From positions 19,463 to 83,462 of the IMG/VR virus record IMGVR_UViG_3300026488_000246: a DNA stretch of 64,000 nucleotides. The stretch is one strand, 5' to 3'. Below are positions 38,789 through 48,020 of this stretch, piece after piece. The translations under genes were made by a program, and so were the position numbers. The DNA is from a virus. Lineage: Duplodnaviria; Heunggongvirae; Uroviricota; Caudoviricetes. The notes below the pieces were generated by a model that was not told where the DNA came from, did no database searches, and worked only from the letters and a program-made list of their open reading frames with translations. Within the stretch, counting starts at the first letter, position 1; each line of letters begins with the position of its first letter.

Positions 38789-39895
38789 ATGAGTGATAAA
38801 AAGATAACTGGCATTAACATTGCTGAGAATCTTAAGGATATAGCAAAAGATATATTTGGTGAAAATGCATTACAAGCGATTACAGAAATCATTCCAACCG
38901 GTATTGATGTTTTAGACCTTTATGCTGGTGGTGGATTTGCTTTAGGTACATTTGATACGTTTGCTGGAATGCCACATTCAGGTAAATCAACATTGTCTAT
39001 TCAAGTAGCAGCTAATATTCAGAGGCAGAATGAAGATGCTGTTGTTATATATTTTGATACAGAGAATGCTGTAACTGAGCAACGTTTAGCTGAATTAGGT
39101 ATCGATAAAAACAGACTCGTATATATTTCTGGTGATGTAACAATAGAATCTATTTTCAGAACCATTGATAAATTTATTGCATACAAAGAGCAAAATGATT
39201 TAATAGAAACACCATTCATCATCATTTGGGATTCATTAGCCTTTACTCCTTCAGAAAGAGCTTTAGCTGGACAAGAAGTGCAAAATACAGATGGAATGAT
39301 AAGAGCAAAAGTAATTGCAGAATTGCTTCCCAGATATGAAGGTAAACTCAAGAAGTATAATATGGTTGTGCTAACCGTTAATCAACTTAGAGAAAAGATG
39401 CAACTGAATCCATATGCTGGTGGTGGAATAGCTATCAAGGGTATGGGTAACTTTACAATGCCTGGTGGAGCAATTGTGTACTATGCTTCATTTCATCTAT
39501 TGCTTATGAAATCTAAAGAAATACTTGATCCAAACCAGTATGGTTTTCAAGGATCAGTTGTAGAATGTACTTTTGTAAAGAATAAACTACAAAGACCTCT
39601 GAAACCATTCTTCTTAGTACTTGATGTTGATAAAGGTTTCAGCAACTTCTGGACATTCTACTACTATATGAAACAACTTAAAATACTGAAAACAGGAGCT
39701 TGGAATAGTTTACCAGGTTATGAAAAGAAATTCAGAACCAAAGAAGCTTATGAATTATATCAAACAGATGAATCTTTCAGAAATGCATTTCTAGATGCAT
39801 CAAAACTTGTGCTAGAAGAACTCAAGAAAGATTTGAAAAGTTCTGTTAGCAAGTTTGAATCTGTTGAAGTAATTGAAGAGGGACAAAGCTCTTAG
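38789..39895 (+). CDS. recA: RecA/UvsX-like recombinase
   Basis: IPTGIDVLD..GGG, Walker A GMPHSGKST, YFDTE, Walker B IIIWDS, VNQLRE, PGG, KNK. Confidence 0.9.
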   Translation: MSDKKITGINIAENLKDIAKDIFGENALQAITEIIPTGIDVLDLYAGGGFALGTFDTFAGMPHSGKSTLSIQVAANIQRQNEDAVVIYFDTENAVTEQRLAELGIDKNRLVYISGDVTIESIFRTIDKFIAYKEQNDLIETPFIIIWDSLAFTPSERALAGQEVQNTDGMIRAKVIAELLPRYEGKLKKYNMVVLTVNQLREKMQLNPYAGGGIAIKGMGNFTMPGGAIVYYASFHLLLMKSKEILDPNQYGFQGSVVECTFVKNKLQRPLKPFFLVLDVDKGFSNFWTFYYYMKQLKILKTGAWNSLPGYEKKFRTKEAYELYQTDESFRNAFLDASKLVLEELKKDLKSSVSKFESVEVIEEGQSS

Positions 39896-39967
39896 ATGGG
39901 CTTTGTCCCATTCTCTGTTTTCCGAACTGGAAGAAAACGAACATACATCAGTACTTAATATGAAGAG

Positions 39968-40240
39968 GTGCGTGATGTGGGTGAAATCGAAATTCTCAAG
40001 CTATTGCAGGATTTTCCAGCCGTAATATTGTTTATTATTGGTCTCTATACTGGAAAGAAATTCTCAGAAAGCAGCGTTCAAATATTTGAGCAGAGGGTGG
40101 AGAAAATCGAGACCAAAGTTGATATGATACATAATGATATTTGTAAGGTCAACGATCAAGTTAGAGAGTTAACCAAAGTAGTACATCAAGTATATGGACA
40201 ACTTGGTGTAAACAAAGATTTTAAAGGAGGAGCCATATAA
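39968..40240 (+). CDS. Small membrane protein with C-terminal coiled coil (holin-like)
   Basis: One hydrophobic helix FPAVILFIIGLY then EQRVEKIETKVD heptads. Confidence 0.45.
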   Translation: MRDVGEIEILKLLQDFPAVILFIIGLYTGKKFSESSVQIFEQRVEKIETKVDMIHNDICKVNDQVRELTKVVHQVYGQLGVNKDFKGGAI

Positions 40241-40242
40241 CA

Positions 40243-41034
40243 ATGGTAGAATACATAAAAACTAATCTACAAAAAGCATTGAAGTCACAACTTACATTTG
40301 CTATTGGAAATCTTGAACAATTACAAGAAAAGATTCCTAATGTTGATGTATATCGTTTAGCATCTACAAGTTATCGATTTCTTACAACATTATTACATGT
40401 TTACAGTGATCTTGTGGTTGAAATGATTGCATCACCTTATACTTACAAAGCTGTTACATTTTTCGTACTTGATACTAAATTTCTCGTTTGGAAAGCTTGG
40501 TTAGAAACTTTATCTGCTTTATATAGATTCTACTTACTAGATAAAAGCATCAACGGAAATTTCCCAAATATTGTTTTGGATCTTACAAAGTGTGCTAAAC
40601 TACTTTATGAAGATATGCTTAGAAAGAAACAACATGAGTTCGGTGAATATGGTGAATTGATTGACTACTTCCTAAAGTTGCATGATAAAACCTACAATAC
40701 TTTCTATGAAAGGTTATCGTCAATCGTATCTACTCCTATCAACAGTGAGATTGATGCATTCAATCAAATTCAGAAGATTGCTCAAGAAATTACTCTATGG
40801 ATGCAATATACTACACTTGAAATCATATCATTAGATCGTTGTTTGTATGGCGATAAATCTATTGTAGTAGGAGCAAGTACAATCACAGTTATATTCAAAA
40901 CTGGTCTTAATATGGTGAAAGAAATCAAAGAATTGCTTGGTATCGAGAACCCTATTATTAGATTTTCATCACCAGATCTTGCTAAATATGAGTATCTCTT
41001 TGCCGAGGAGGCTGTTGCTAATGAAATTGCATAA
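40243..41034 (+). CDS. Hypothetical helical protein
   Basis: 263-aa ORF, RBS GGAGG. Confidence 0.7.
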   Translation: MVEYIKTNLQKALKSQLTFAIGNLEQLQEKIPNVDVYRLASTSYRFLTTLLHVYSDLVVEMIASPYTYKAVTFFVLDTKFLVWKAWLETLSALYRFYLLDKSINGNFPNIVLDLTKCAKLLYEDMLRKKQHEFGEYGELIDYFLKLHDKTYNTFYERLSSIVSTPINSEIDAFNQIQKIAQEITLWMQYTTLEIISLDRCLYGDKSIVVGASTITVIFKTGLNMVKEIKELLGIENPIIRFSSPDLAKYEYLFAEEAVANEIA

Positions 41035-41473
41035 TATTGTTGAGAGCTACCAATCTCTTATTGATGAACTTTCTAAACATCTTAAAGTTGTAAACAAATC
41101 AACATTCAAGTATATGCTTAAAGATGACCACAAAGCTGTGTTAGAATCCATCATCAAAGATCAAGAAACAGTAAATCTACTCACAGAAAGCACAAGCATG
41201 TTTAATAAAGATATCATATCAAACTTCATTGATATAGCAAAAACATCACTCAAGATTAAATCAGAAAATCTTAAGAAAGTTATTGCTGGAAAAGTTGGTA
41301 ATGGAACCAATATTGAGGAGAAAGTAGATCTTTATATTGATATAGCATTAATATATGAAGCAACAAGAATAGCTTTCAATGAGGAGGCAGCTAAAAAACT
41401 TGTAGAAGGTGTTGTCAGTGCTTACAAAAGAAGGCAGGCATCACTTAAGCATATTAAAGGTTATGTTGCATAA
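41021..41473 (+). CDS. Hypothetical helical protein
   Basis: RBS GAGGAGG before ATG 41021. Confidence 0.7.
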   Translation: MKLHNIVESYQSLIDELSKHLKVVNKSTFKYMLKDDHKAVLESIIKDQETVNLLTESTSMFNKDIISNFIDIAKTSLKIKSENLKKVIAGKVGNGTNIEEKVDLYIDIALIYEATRIAFNEEAAKKLVEGVVSAYKRRQASLKHIKGYVA

Positions 41474-41484
41474 TTATGGATGAA

Positions 41485-41520
41485 GGGTCTAGTCCTATTC
41501 ATTTATATCGGACTAGACCC
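41485..41520 (+). terminator. Intergenic hairpin
   Basis: GGGTCTAGTCC / GGACTAGACCC perfect 11-bp stem with ATTCATTTATAT in the loop. Confidence 0.6.
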
Positions 41521-41552
41521 CGAACTACTTTTCACTCAAAAGGAGGTATGAT

Positions 41553-42503
41553 ATGGATTTCGCAGATCTTCTTGTAAAAGCTAAACTACCACAAGATGCC
41601 CCTCAACCAACAACTTCCAAGAAAAAGATTGTTAAATCTGAAACTATTACATCTTCTCAAAAAGACAATGTTACTAGGAAACAATCTGGTAGAATTTCTA
41701 CAGGGGATCTTGATGTTGAGCTAAACTCTGATGTATTTCTAAGCCTACTTAAAGAAGAATACAAGAAGAATCAGAAGGCGTCTATGTCTTACCAGAAGAA
41801 ATGGATTTCTCCTACCGATATATGCAACCTTTGTCCAAGAAAAGTTTATTATAGATTCACAAATGCTGATTATGAATTACAACTATTCTATCCTTATAGT
41901 GAAATCATTACTCATGTTGGTAATGCTGTACATGAATGGGTTCAATCATTGCTTGCAAAAGTATATAAAGATGTGCAATCAGAAGTAAAATTTGAAATTC
42001 CAGAAAAGAAACTTAAAGGTTACATTGACTTAGTATATAAAACAAACGAAGATAAAACTATTATTCTGGAAATCAAAACCATAGGTGATGAAATACATGA
42101 CAAACAATTCTATGGTAAGATTCCCCATTGGAAACAGTTAGCTACTTATTACTGGGTTTGGACAGAATTGCTAGGTAAACAATGTGATAGTGTGCAGTTA
42201 ATGTATCTAAAGAGGGATTTCAAACCCCTCAAATTACCAGATGGTACAAGAGACTTACCATTCAAGATTTTCACAGCTGATCCTGTTAAGTTATGGGAAA
42301 CTTACAAAAACGATATACTTTGGATGTATGAAACTATCCTTAATGCAATTGAAAAGAAACAAGTACCAGATATTCCACCTAATAGATTGCAAATCATTAA
42401 GAGGGATGAATGTGGATTCTGTCCATATCAAAAGATATGCTCAAAAGATGGTTTTGCTCATCAACAACAAAGAATTCAGAACTCTATTGAATGGATATTC
42501 TAA
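41553..42503 (+). CDS. Cas4-like PD-(D/E)XK exonuclease with Fe-S cysteines (solo, not CRISPR-linked here)
   Basis: ISPTDICNLCPRKVYY, GNAVHE, GYIDLV, ILEIKT, QLATY, CGFCPYQKIC. Confidence 0.85.
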   Translation: MDFADLLVKAKLPQDAPQPTTSKKKIVKSETITSSQKDNVTRKQSGRISTGDLDVELNSDVFLSLLKEEYKKNQKASMSYQKKWISPTDICNLCPRKVYYRFTNADYELQLFYPYSEIITHVGNAVHEWVQSLLAKVYKDVQSEVKFEIPEKKLKGYIDLVYKTNEDKTIILEIKTIGDEIHDKQFYGKIPHWKQLATYYWVWTELLGKQCDSVQLMYLKRDFKPLKLPDGTRDLPFKIFTADPVKLWETYKNDILWMYETILNAIEKKQVPDIPPNRLQIIKRDECGFCPYQKICSKDGFAHQQQRIQNSIEWIF

Positions 42504-42525
42504 ACAATAACAGAGGTCATAACCC

Positions 42526-43008
42526 ATGAAGAATGTATCTCATGTAATCTATATAGAGACCAAAGGTTCTTCAACAACATCTAAACCAGTAACTCCTACT
42601 TATGTACAATCCACACCTCCTACAGATGCTAGTGTTGGTGACTTATGGATTGATACATCCAAACAACCTCCAAAAGTATTAAGGTATGATGGAGCGACTT
42701 GGAAAGAAGTTGTAGCACTTGATCCCAATGTTTACATTGGGATAACAGAACCATCTGATCCTTATGATGGTTTAATCTGGTTGAAAAGTGATACGTTGAA
42801 ACTTTATGCTTACATCTCAGGTTCATGGCAAGAAATATCTGGTGGTTCATCAACAGTTTCAATCACAGGTGATGGTAAAACGATTAAGGTAGATGGAAAT
42901 AAAGTGTCTGTATTATTTAACAATAGTGAGAAGGATAATCCAGGCTACGTTTGGGATAATAAGAGAATACAGAAAGAAGCTCTAATCAAAGCATTAATAC
43001 TTGGCTAA
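42526..43008 (+). CDS. Short fibre / decoration protein with two GDLW-type repeats
   Basis: PPTDASVGDLWIDTS..YDG..W and EPSDPYDGLIWLKS..YISGSW. Confidence 0.6.
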   Translation: MKNVSHVIYIETKGSSTTSKPVTPTYVQSTPPTDASVGDLWIDTSKQPPKVLRYDGATWKEVVALDPNVYIGITEPSDPYDGLIWLKSDTLKLYAYISGSWQEISGGSSTVSITGDGKTIKVDGNKVSVLFNNSEKDNPGYVWDNKRIQKEALIKALILG

Positions 43009-43020
43009 GAAGGAGGTAAC

Positions 43021-43212
43021 ATGGCGAAATTTCTTTCAATTGAAGATGAGAATACAGAAACTTTCATTAACTTAGATAATGTGTTATCCATCAAATTCTA
43101 TGAAGTTTACAACAGAATAGATTTTCTTTATGCTAATGGTCAGACATACACTCTCACTGCATCTGAAGAGCAATTCAAAGCTATTAGAGACTGCGTGAAG
43201 TCTTGCATGTAA
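43021..43212 (+). CDS. Small hypothetical protein
   Basis: RBS AGGAGG; FINLDNVLSI motif. Confidence 0.65.
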   Translation: MAKFLSIEDENTETFINLDNVLSIKFYEVYNRIDFLYANGQTYTLTASEEQFKAIRDCVKSCM

Positions 43213-43221
43213 TAACATTGT

Positions 43222-43255
43222 TGGTGGGTGGATCAGTTCTATGGTCCATCCACCA
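43222..43255 (+). terminator. Hairpin (GGATCA/TGGTCC family) followed by T-run
   Basis: TGGTGGGTGGATCA-GTTCTA-TGGTCCATCCACCA. Confidence 0.65.
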
Positions 43256-43282
43256 TTCATTTTTTTTTCGGAGGATTATGAG

Positions 43283-43582
43283 ATGCCTGGTGTAGCAAGA
43301 ATTGGTGATGTATTCAAAGCTGTTTGTTGTTGCCATAAAAGCTGTAAAAATGTGTCTGGTGTGATTGTATCAGGTTCTGCAAACGTATTAGCAAACAACA
43401 TAAGTATATCATTTTGTAGTGCTGTTGGTAAAGCAACATGTGGACATACTGCAATTATAGTCTCATGTAGTCCCAATGTACTAGTAAACGGAATTGGTTG
43501 TGCAAGATTAGGAGACACTGTTACAGGTTGTCCTAAAGGCGTGATTGTATCATCAAGTGCGAATGTTTTTGCTAATGGTTAA
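43283..43582 (+). CDS. PAAR-repeat spike tip protein
   Basis: MPGVARIGD, GSANVLAN, CGH, SPNVLVNGIGCARLGD, SSANVFANG. Confidence 0.85.
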   Translation: MPGVARIGDVFKAVCCCHKSCKNVSGVIVSGSANVLANNISISFCSAVGKATCGHTAIIVSCSPNVLVNGIGCARLGDTVTGCPKGVIVSSSANVFANG

Positions 43583-43603
43583 CTCAACAAAGAAAAGGAG
43601 GTC

Positions 43604-44473
43604 ATGATGAAACCTAAGAAAGCTTTAGTACTTCTAGTTTGTGAAGCAGCAACTAAGAAATTCTATCATTCGTTCAAACAAGAAAATCCAGAAACTATTA
43701 CAATTGACAGCTTCTATGAACCTACATGGAGGAAACTTATTGGCAAAGATTGGAAGAAACAAGCATTTGATGTTGCTAAAAAAGCCAGCGGATTCTTTAC
43801 AGTAAACGGTGAAAAGATTCAAATCAAAAGTGAAGATGTTGATCACCTTATCAGTTTAATTGAGCATAAAGGTAGAATGAAACCTTTCACATTGAAGCAG
43901 ATCAATAAAATCCTATCAGGAGAAAAACCACAACCTGATGAAATTATAGATGATCTAACAATACCAGAGCATCCTTTTTGGGAGGCAAGAGTAGCCACTT
44001 TAGCATTACACGTTTATCCATGCTATCATGATCCAGAAGAATTTACAAGATTAGTTTGGACTGTTAATGATATTCTATCATTTATGATTGGACAAAGACT
44101 TTGGGATGATCAAAGATTTGATGAGCAATTTGCATCTGCAATAACTGATTTGTATGAAGATAGTCCTAATGTTATAGAAAGTTTAGTTGTGCTTCTTATC
44201 CCAGAATTCCTCAATTACTATGAAGTTCAAAAAGGAAGTTGGACAAATAAGTATGAAGGTATGTATAATGAATTAGCATTTCTTCTGGAGCTATTAGATG
44301 GAGTAATCTTTAAGTTTGTATTGCTAGAACGTTGGTATAAAGAATTCAAAGAGCTTAATAAAACTCTGTTTCCAATGAATAACATTGAAGATCCATTATC
44401 CGAAGCATTAAGTGATGATTTTCGTCCTATGTTTGACTTGTTTGGTTCAGATGAATTACCACCACTTTTCTAA
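43604..44473 (+). CDS. Hypothetical protein
   Basis: 289-aa ORF, RBS AGGAGG. Confidence 0.7.
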   Translation: MMKPKKALVLLVCEAATKKFYHSFKQENPETITIDSFYEPTWRKLIGKDWKKQAFDVAKKASGFFTVNGEKIQIKSEDVDHLISLIEHKGRMKPFTLKQINKILSGEKPQPDEIIDDLTIPEHPFWEARVATLALHVYPCYHDPEEFTRLVWTVNDILSFMIGQRLWDDQRFDEQFASAITDLYEDSPNVIESLVVLLIPEFLNYYEVQKGSWTNKYEGMYNELAFLLELLDGVIFKFVLLERWYKEFKELNKTLFPMNNIEDPLSEALSDDFRPMFDLFGSDELPPLF

Positions 44474-44482
44474 CAAAAATGT

Positions 44483-44514
44483 TGGGTCTAGGATCTGAGT
44501 TGATCCTAGACCCA
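44483..44514 (+). terminator. Intergenic hairpin
   Basis: TGGGTCTAGGATC-TGAGTT-GATCCTAGACCCA perfect 13-bp stem. Confidence 0.65.
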
Positions 44515-44793
44515 TAAAACTACTAAGTTTTTCATGAAACTTTCTTTAATAACTAACATTAACAAAGCTACATTTAAGGAGTAGAGTTTAGAACAAACTA
44601 ATAGCAAACAATTGTAAAGATTTGGGGTCATTCTTCAGGAGTTTGAAAGCTAATTCTAACAAGGTTGGGAAAGATAACGAGTTTACAAGGCTGGTCTACA
44701 CCAATAGAGATTGTATCGAATTAGTAGTTGGGGTCAGGCCCATCTTTGGACCCAACCCCATAATCAAGAAAACAAAAAACAAGGAGGTGAAAC

Positions 44794-46566
44794 ATGAAAA
44801 TCACCAAAACATACAAAACACAAAAGATTGGAAAACTTATGACACCAAATCTTTACATCGATAAACCTAGGTCTGTGGCTATCTGGGAATCAATTGCTGC
44901 AGACCTTGATTTTAACTCATATGGTGTTCTTAAAGCACTTTCACAACATGAAGTTTATAAGTTTCTTGACATAGACATCAATGAAACGAATGGACATGCT
45001 CATGTCTTCTTAAACATCATTCCTTGTTTGTCTTTCAACTTCTTCGAAACAATGCTTATTGAAAGTTCCTATCTTAATAAAACTCTCCAACATTTCATCT
45101 CTAAGGTTGTTGATGAAAATGGACATCAAATCTCATTAGTTTATGATTCACTCGTAAAGATTGCTCATGAGTCATTCAACAAATTCTTGAAATCTGACAA
45201 AGCTACAGCATCAACAATTAACCATACATACAGAATACCAGTTAACATAGATCCTGAAGCATCCTATGAAGATTCAAAGACATATAAGAGAATCAAGCAA
45301 TCTAATCTGAAACGTGACATTTCACATATTCTTCTACACAAACAATCATACGATAGAATTATAGAAGACATCAAACAAAAGCTTATAAAGTATAAGCTTG
45401 TTGCAACTCTAAATTACCAAACAAAGAAGAAAGCTAAAGGGTTCACAAGAAAGTATGATATTCACAAAGGTCTAAGAATTCTCTTTAGTGAACCCGTATA
45501 TCAGGAAGGCCGCAGACAGGATATTTGTATGATTGCTACTGGCCTTCTAAAGCGTTACACAAATCTCGATTATGATCAAATTGCAAAAGTCATCCAGCAG
45601 TATGTTCCAAGAACAGATGAAGAATCTTCAAAAAGGCTTGATCCTGCTAAGTATGCAAAAACATACACAGGATTCTTACCAGGATACACAAAGTTCAGAA
45701 AACTTGTTAAAGAAGTCACAGGTGAAGATATTGATCTTGCTACAATTCAACAAACAACAAAAGATGGTTATATTATAGTTAGAAGAAAAGGAATTACAGA
45801 AAAATCAAGAGTCTTTGTTGAAGAAGTTGCACACGGTATTACAATCCTTATACTTGTGCTTGCTTACTTTGGACAAAAGGTTACAGATGTTGATTCTGAT
45901 ACTTTTACAGTTACGTTTAATTCAAAATCCGAAATTGCTAAACTACTGAAATACATGTGGAATAAACAAAATGGTCTTGATAGCAAAGTAATCAACAGAG
46001 CTTTGAAACTACTCAGAAAATCTGATATCTTTGAGTTCATTCATGAGTCATCAAGGAAAGTTTCATTCACAATATCCAAAAGCAATGCAGAAAACTTATT
46101 TAAAAGGCTCATGATTGATCTTGACAATGGAGATGTGATCTTATACCAATTCTACTCAATTCTTAAAGGAAAGAACGACATAGAATTCAAACCAGAAGAT
46201 GAAGAATTCAGACTCAAGAGTGGTGCTCTTTTATGCACATTGCTTATGTTTCAAATCCTTTCAAATTATGAGGAGTTTAGAAGACTTTTCACAGAAGCTA
46301 TACATGATTGGCTTTTATTTGGTCAGAATAAGCTAAATCGTTATGCTAAATTTCTTAATGCTTACAATGAGGTTATAAGATACTTCAAACAACAAAAGAT
46401 CTATAAAGCTTTTGACATACTCAAAATTGTTGATATAAGGAGATTCAAAGATCTTGCATTGCGTTACAAGAAAACTAGAAAGAAGCTTTTCTATAGAATC
46501 CTTTTTGACAATGTGAGATTCATTCATGATGCTATAAGACGGTTCTTTAGAAGTTACAAGATTTAG
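44794..46566 (+). CDS. Rep-like protein: AEP primase domain + PriCT-like helices + winged-helix region
   Basis: IAADLDF (DxD), ETNGHAHVF (His motif), TYRIP; EGRRQDICMIATGLL (PriCT-like); SKSEIAKLL..VINRALKLL..IFEF (wHTH-like). Confidence 0.55.
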   Translation: MKITKTYKTQKIGKLMTPNLYIDKPRSVAIWESIAADLDFNSYGVLKALSQHEVYKFLDIDINETNGHAHVFLNIIPCLSFNFFETMLIESSYLNKTLQHFISKVVDENGHQISLVYDSLVKIAHESFNKFLKSDKATASTINHTYRIPVNIDPEASYEDSKTYKRIKQSNLKRDISHILLHKQSYDRIIEDIKQKLIKYKLVATLNYQTKKKAKGFTRKYDIHKGLRILFSEPVYQEGRRQDICMIATGLLKRYTNLDYDQIAKVIQQYVPRTDEESSKRLDPAKYAKTYTGFLPGYTKFRKLVKEVTGEDIDLATIQQTTKDGYIIVRRKGITEKSRVFVEEVAHGITILILVLAYFGQKVTDVDSDTFTVTFNSKSEIAKLLKYMWNKQNGLDSKVINRALKLLRKSDIFEFIHESSRKVSFTISKSNAENLFKRLMIDLDNGDVILYQFYSILKGKNDIEFKPEDEEFRLKSGALLCTLLMFQILSNYEEFRRLFTEAIHDWLLFGQNKLNRYAKFLNAYNEVIRYFKQQKIYKAFDILKIVDIRRFKDLALRYKKTRKKLFYRILFDNVRFIHDAIRRFFRSYKI

Positions 46567-46760
46567 ACGTTGCTAAACTAGACATGCATATAGCACAGTT
46601 GTTTGCATATTTGATTTCAGAATTCTCAAACGTTCAAAAGAAACTGTCTATCATTTCGATTAAAGATTCTTTAAGCTATTTGAATTTTTTTTGCATATAG
46701 AAGTAAGCAAGGTATCTATGTTTCTTGTTGTCCATTTTGTTTTCAGATAATAGATAGCAC

Positions 46761-47428
46761 TACTAATTTTATATAGGTAATATTAGATTAACTATTTTGA
46801 AACGTTTCCACCCAATAGATAAACAAATCAATCAAGCTTTTCATACAGGATTGGAGAAGCTTTGCTAGATGGTGTTATTTCATTGATAAGTAGCTAGTTT
46901 ACATAAGCTATGTTGAAGATTACCTACTTTGAAACTCTTTCTATATAAGCAAAAATGTCTTTATTAGCTTCAACTATTGGGTCAACAGAAGTATGTTAGA
47001 TCCATTTGCTTGGTGATAAGTTAGCTTTACTAATTTTATATAAACTCATAGTAATTCCGTTTTAATGAAACTCTTCCTGTATGATTCACCATACTATTTG
47101 AAGGTTCATTGAAGTTATAAAGGTTGTAAGATATAGCTAGCTATAAAAGCTCCTATTTTTGATTCTCAAGTATAGTAAGCATTACTAATTTTATATAGCT
47201 AATATTAGATTAACTATTTTGAAACGTTTTCGTGATTTTGTTTTAGAAGATTCTGTTAGCATGAATGGATAAGCATTTTAGACTCTTTTATTGTATGATA
47301 TTGCAAGCTATTAAGCAAAAGTTGGTAAGTTACTTGTGAAGATTGTTTGAGACATTGTTTTCTTGATATATGATAGCTTTACTAATTTTATATAGGTAAT
47401 ATTAGATTAACTATTTTGAAGCTCTTCC
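46761..47428 (+). repeat. Array of four ~49-bp direct repeats (motif B) in a ~930-bp non-coding region; candidate origin or promoter array
   Basis: TACTAATTTTATATAG(G/C)TAATATTAGATTAACTATTTTGAA(A/G)C..TT(T/C)C at 46761, 47183, 47380; diverged copy at 47028; half copy at 46918. Confidence 0.9.
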
Positions 47429-47501
47429 ACAATATCACTTCATATTTACGTTGGTAGAAAGCATACGAAACATTTAATGACCTATCTCTTCTAAGGAGGT
47501 T

Positions 47502-48020
47502 ATGATGGCCAACAAAAACAAGAATAAAGGTAAGTATCTTGAAAATATCGTATCAAAAGCAATACAAGAAGCATGGAATCTTAATGAGTTTGAAGTACAT
47601 AGGAATCAAACATCAGGTATATTCCAAACAGAATTTGGTGACATATACTTCAAGAATCTAGATATCATAATAGAATGCAAAAATCAAGAATCATGGGACT
47701 TCAAACATATTCTCTTTTGGAGCAAACCTATTACAGACTTCTGGAAACAACTAATCAAAGATGCTGAGAAATTTAGAAAGAAACTTCAAAGAGAACCTCT
47801 TTATTTTCTTGTAGTTGGAAAATCCAGATATCCTAAGTTTGCAATCTTTGATATAGTGAATCTTCACGAAAATCGAGTGCTAACAAACTTCAATCTTGAT
47901 TTGTTTGTAAATCATATCAATTCATATACAATCATTAACCTACCTAATGAACCAAAACTTTGTTGTGAATTGCAAGAATCATTGAAAGCACTCAAATTAT
48001 TCATCAAGAGGAATGGATAA
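47502..48020 (+). CDS. Holliday junction resolvase (Hjc-like PD-(D/E)XK)
   Basis: NKNKGKYLENIV, SG..FGDI, IIECKNQESW. Confidence 0.75.
   Translation: MMANKNKNKGKYLENIVSKAIQEAWNLNEFEVHRNQTSGIFQTEFGDIYFKNLDIIIECKNQESWDFKHILFWSKPITDFWKQLIKDAEKFRKKLQREPLYFLVVGKSRYPKFAIFDIVNLHENRVLTNFNLDLFVNHINSYTIINLPNEPKLCCELQESLKALKLFIKRNG

Noticed and set aside
44622-44864. 80-aa ORF upstream of the Rep-like gene
   Set aside because: TTG start without RBS, overlaps the Rep start in another frame, and coincides with a structured leader
46761-47428. CRISPR array
   Set aside because: Repeats are ~49 bp with irregular gaps of about 105-220 nt, one copy is diverged in its centre, and the only Cas-like gene (solo Cas4) is 4 kb away with no cas1/cas2
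46761-47428. Archaeal host inferred from TTTTATATA boxes
   Set aside because: The TATA-like run occurs only in motif B, no BRE is evident, and the bacterial-type RecA, NadD and class Ia NrdAB argue for a bacterial host; insufficient to call
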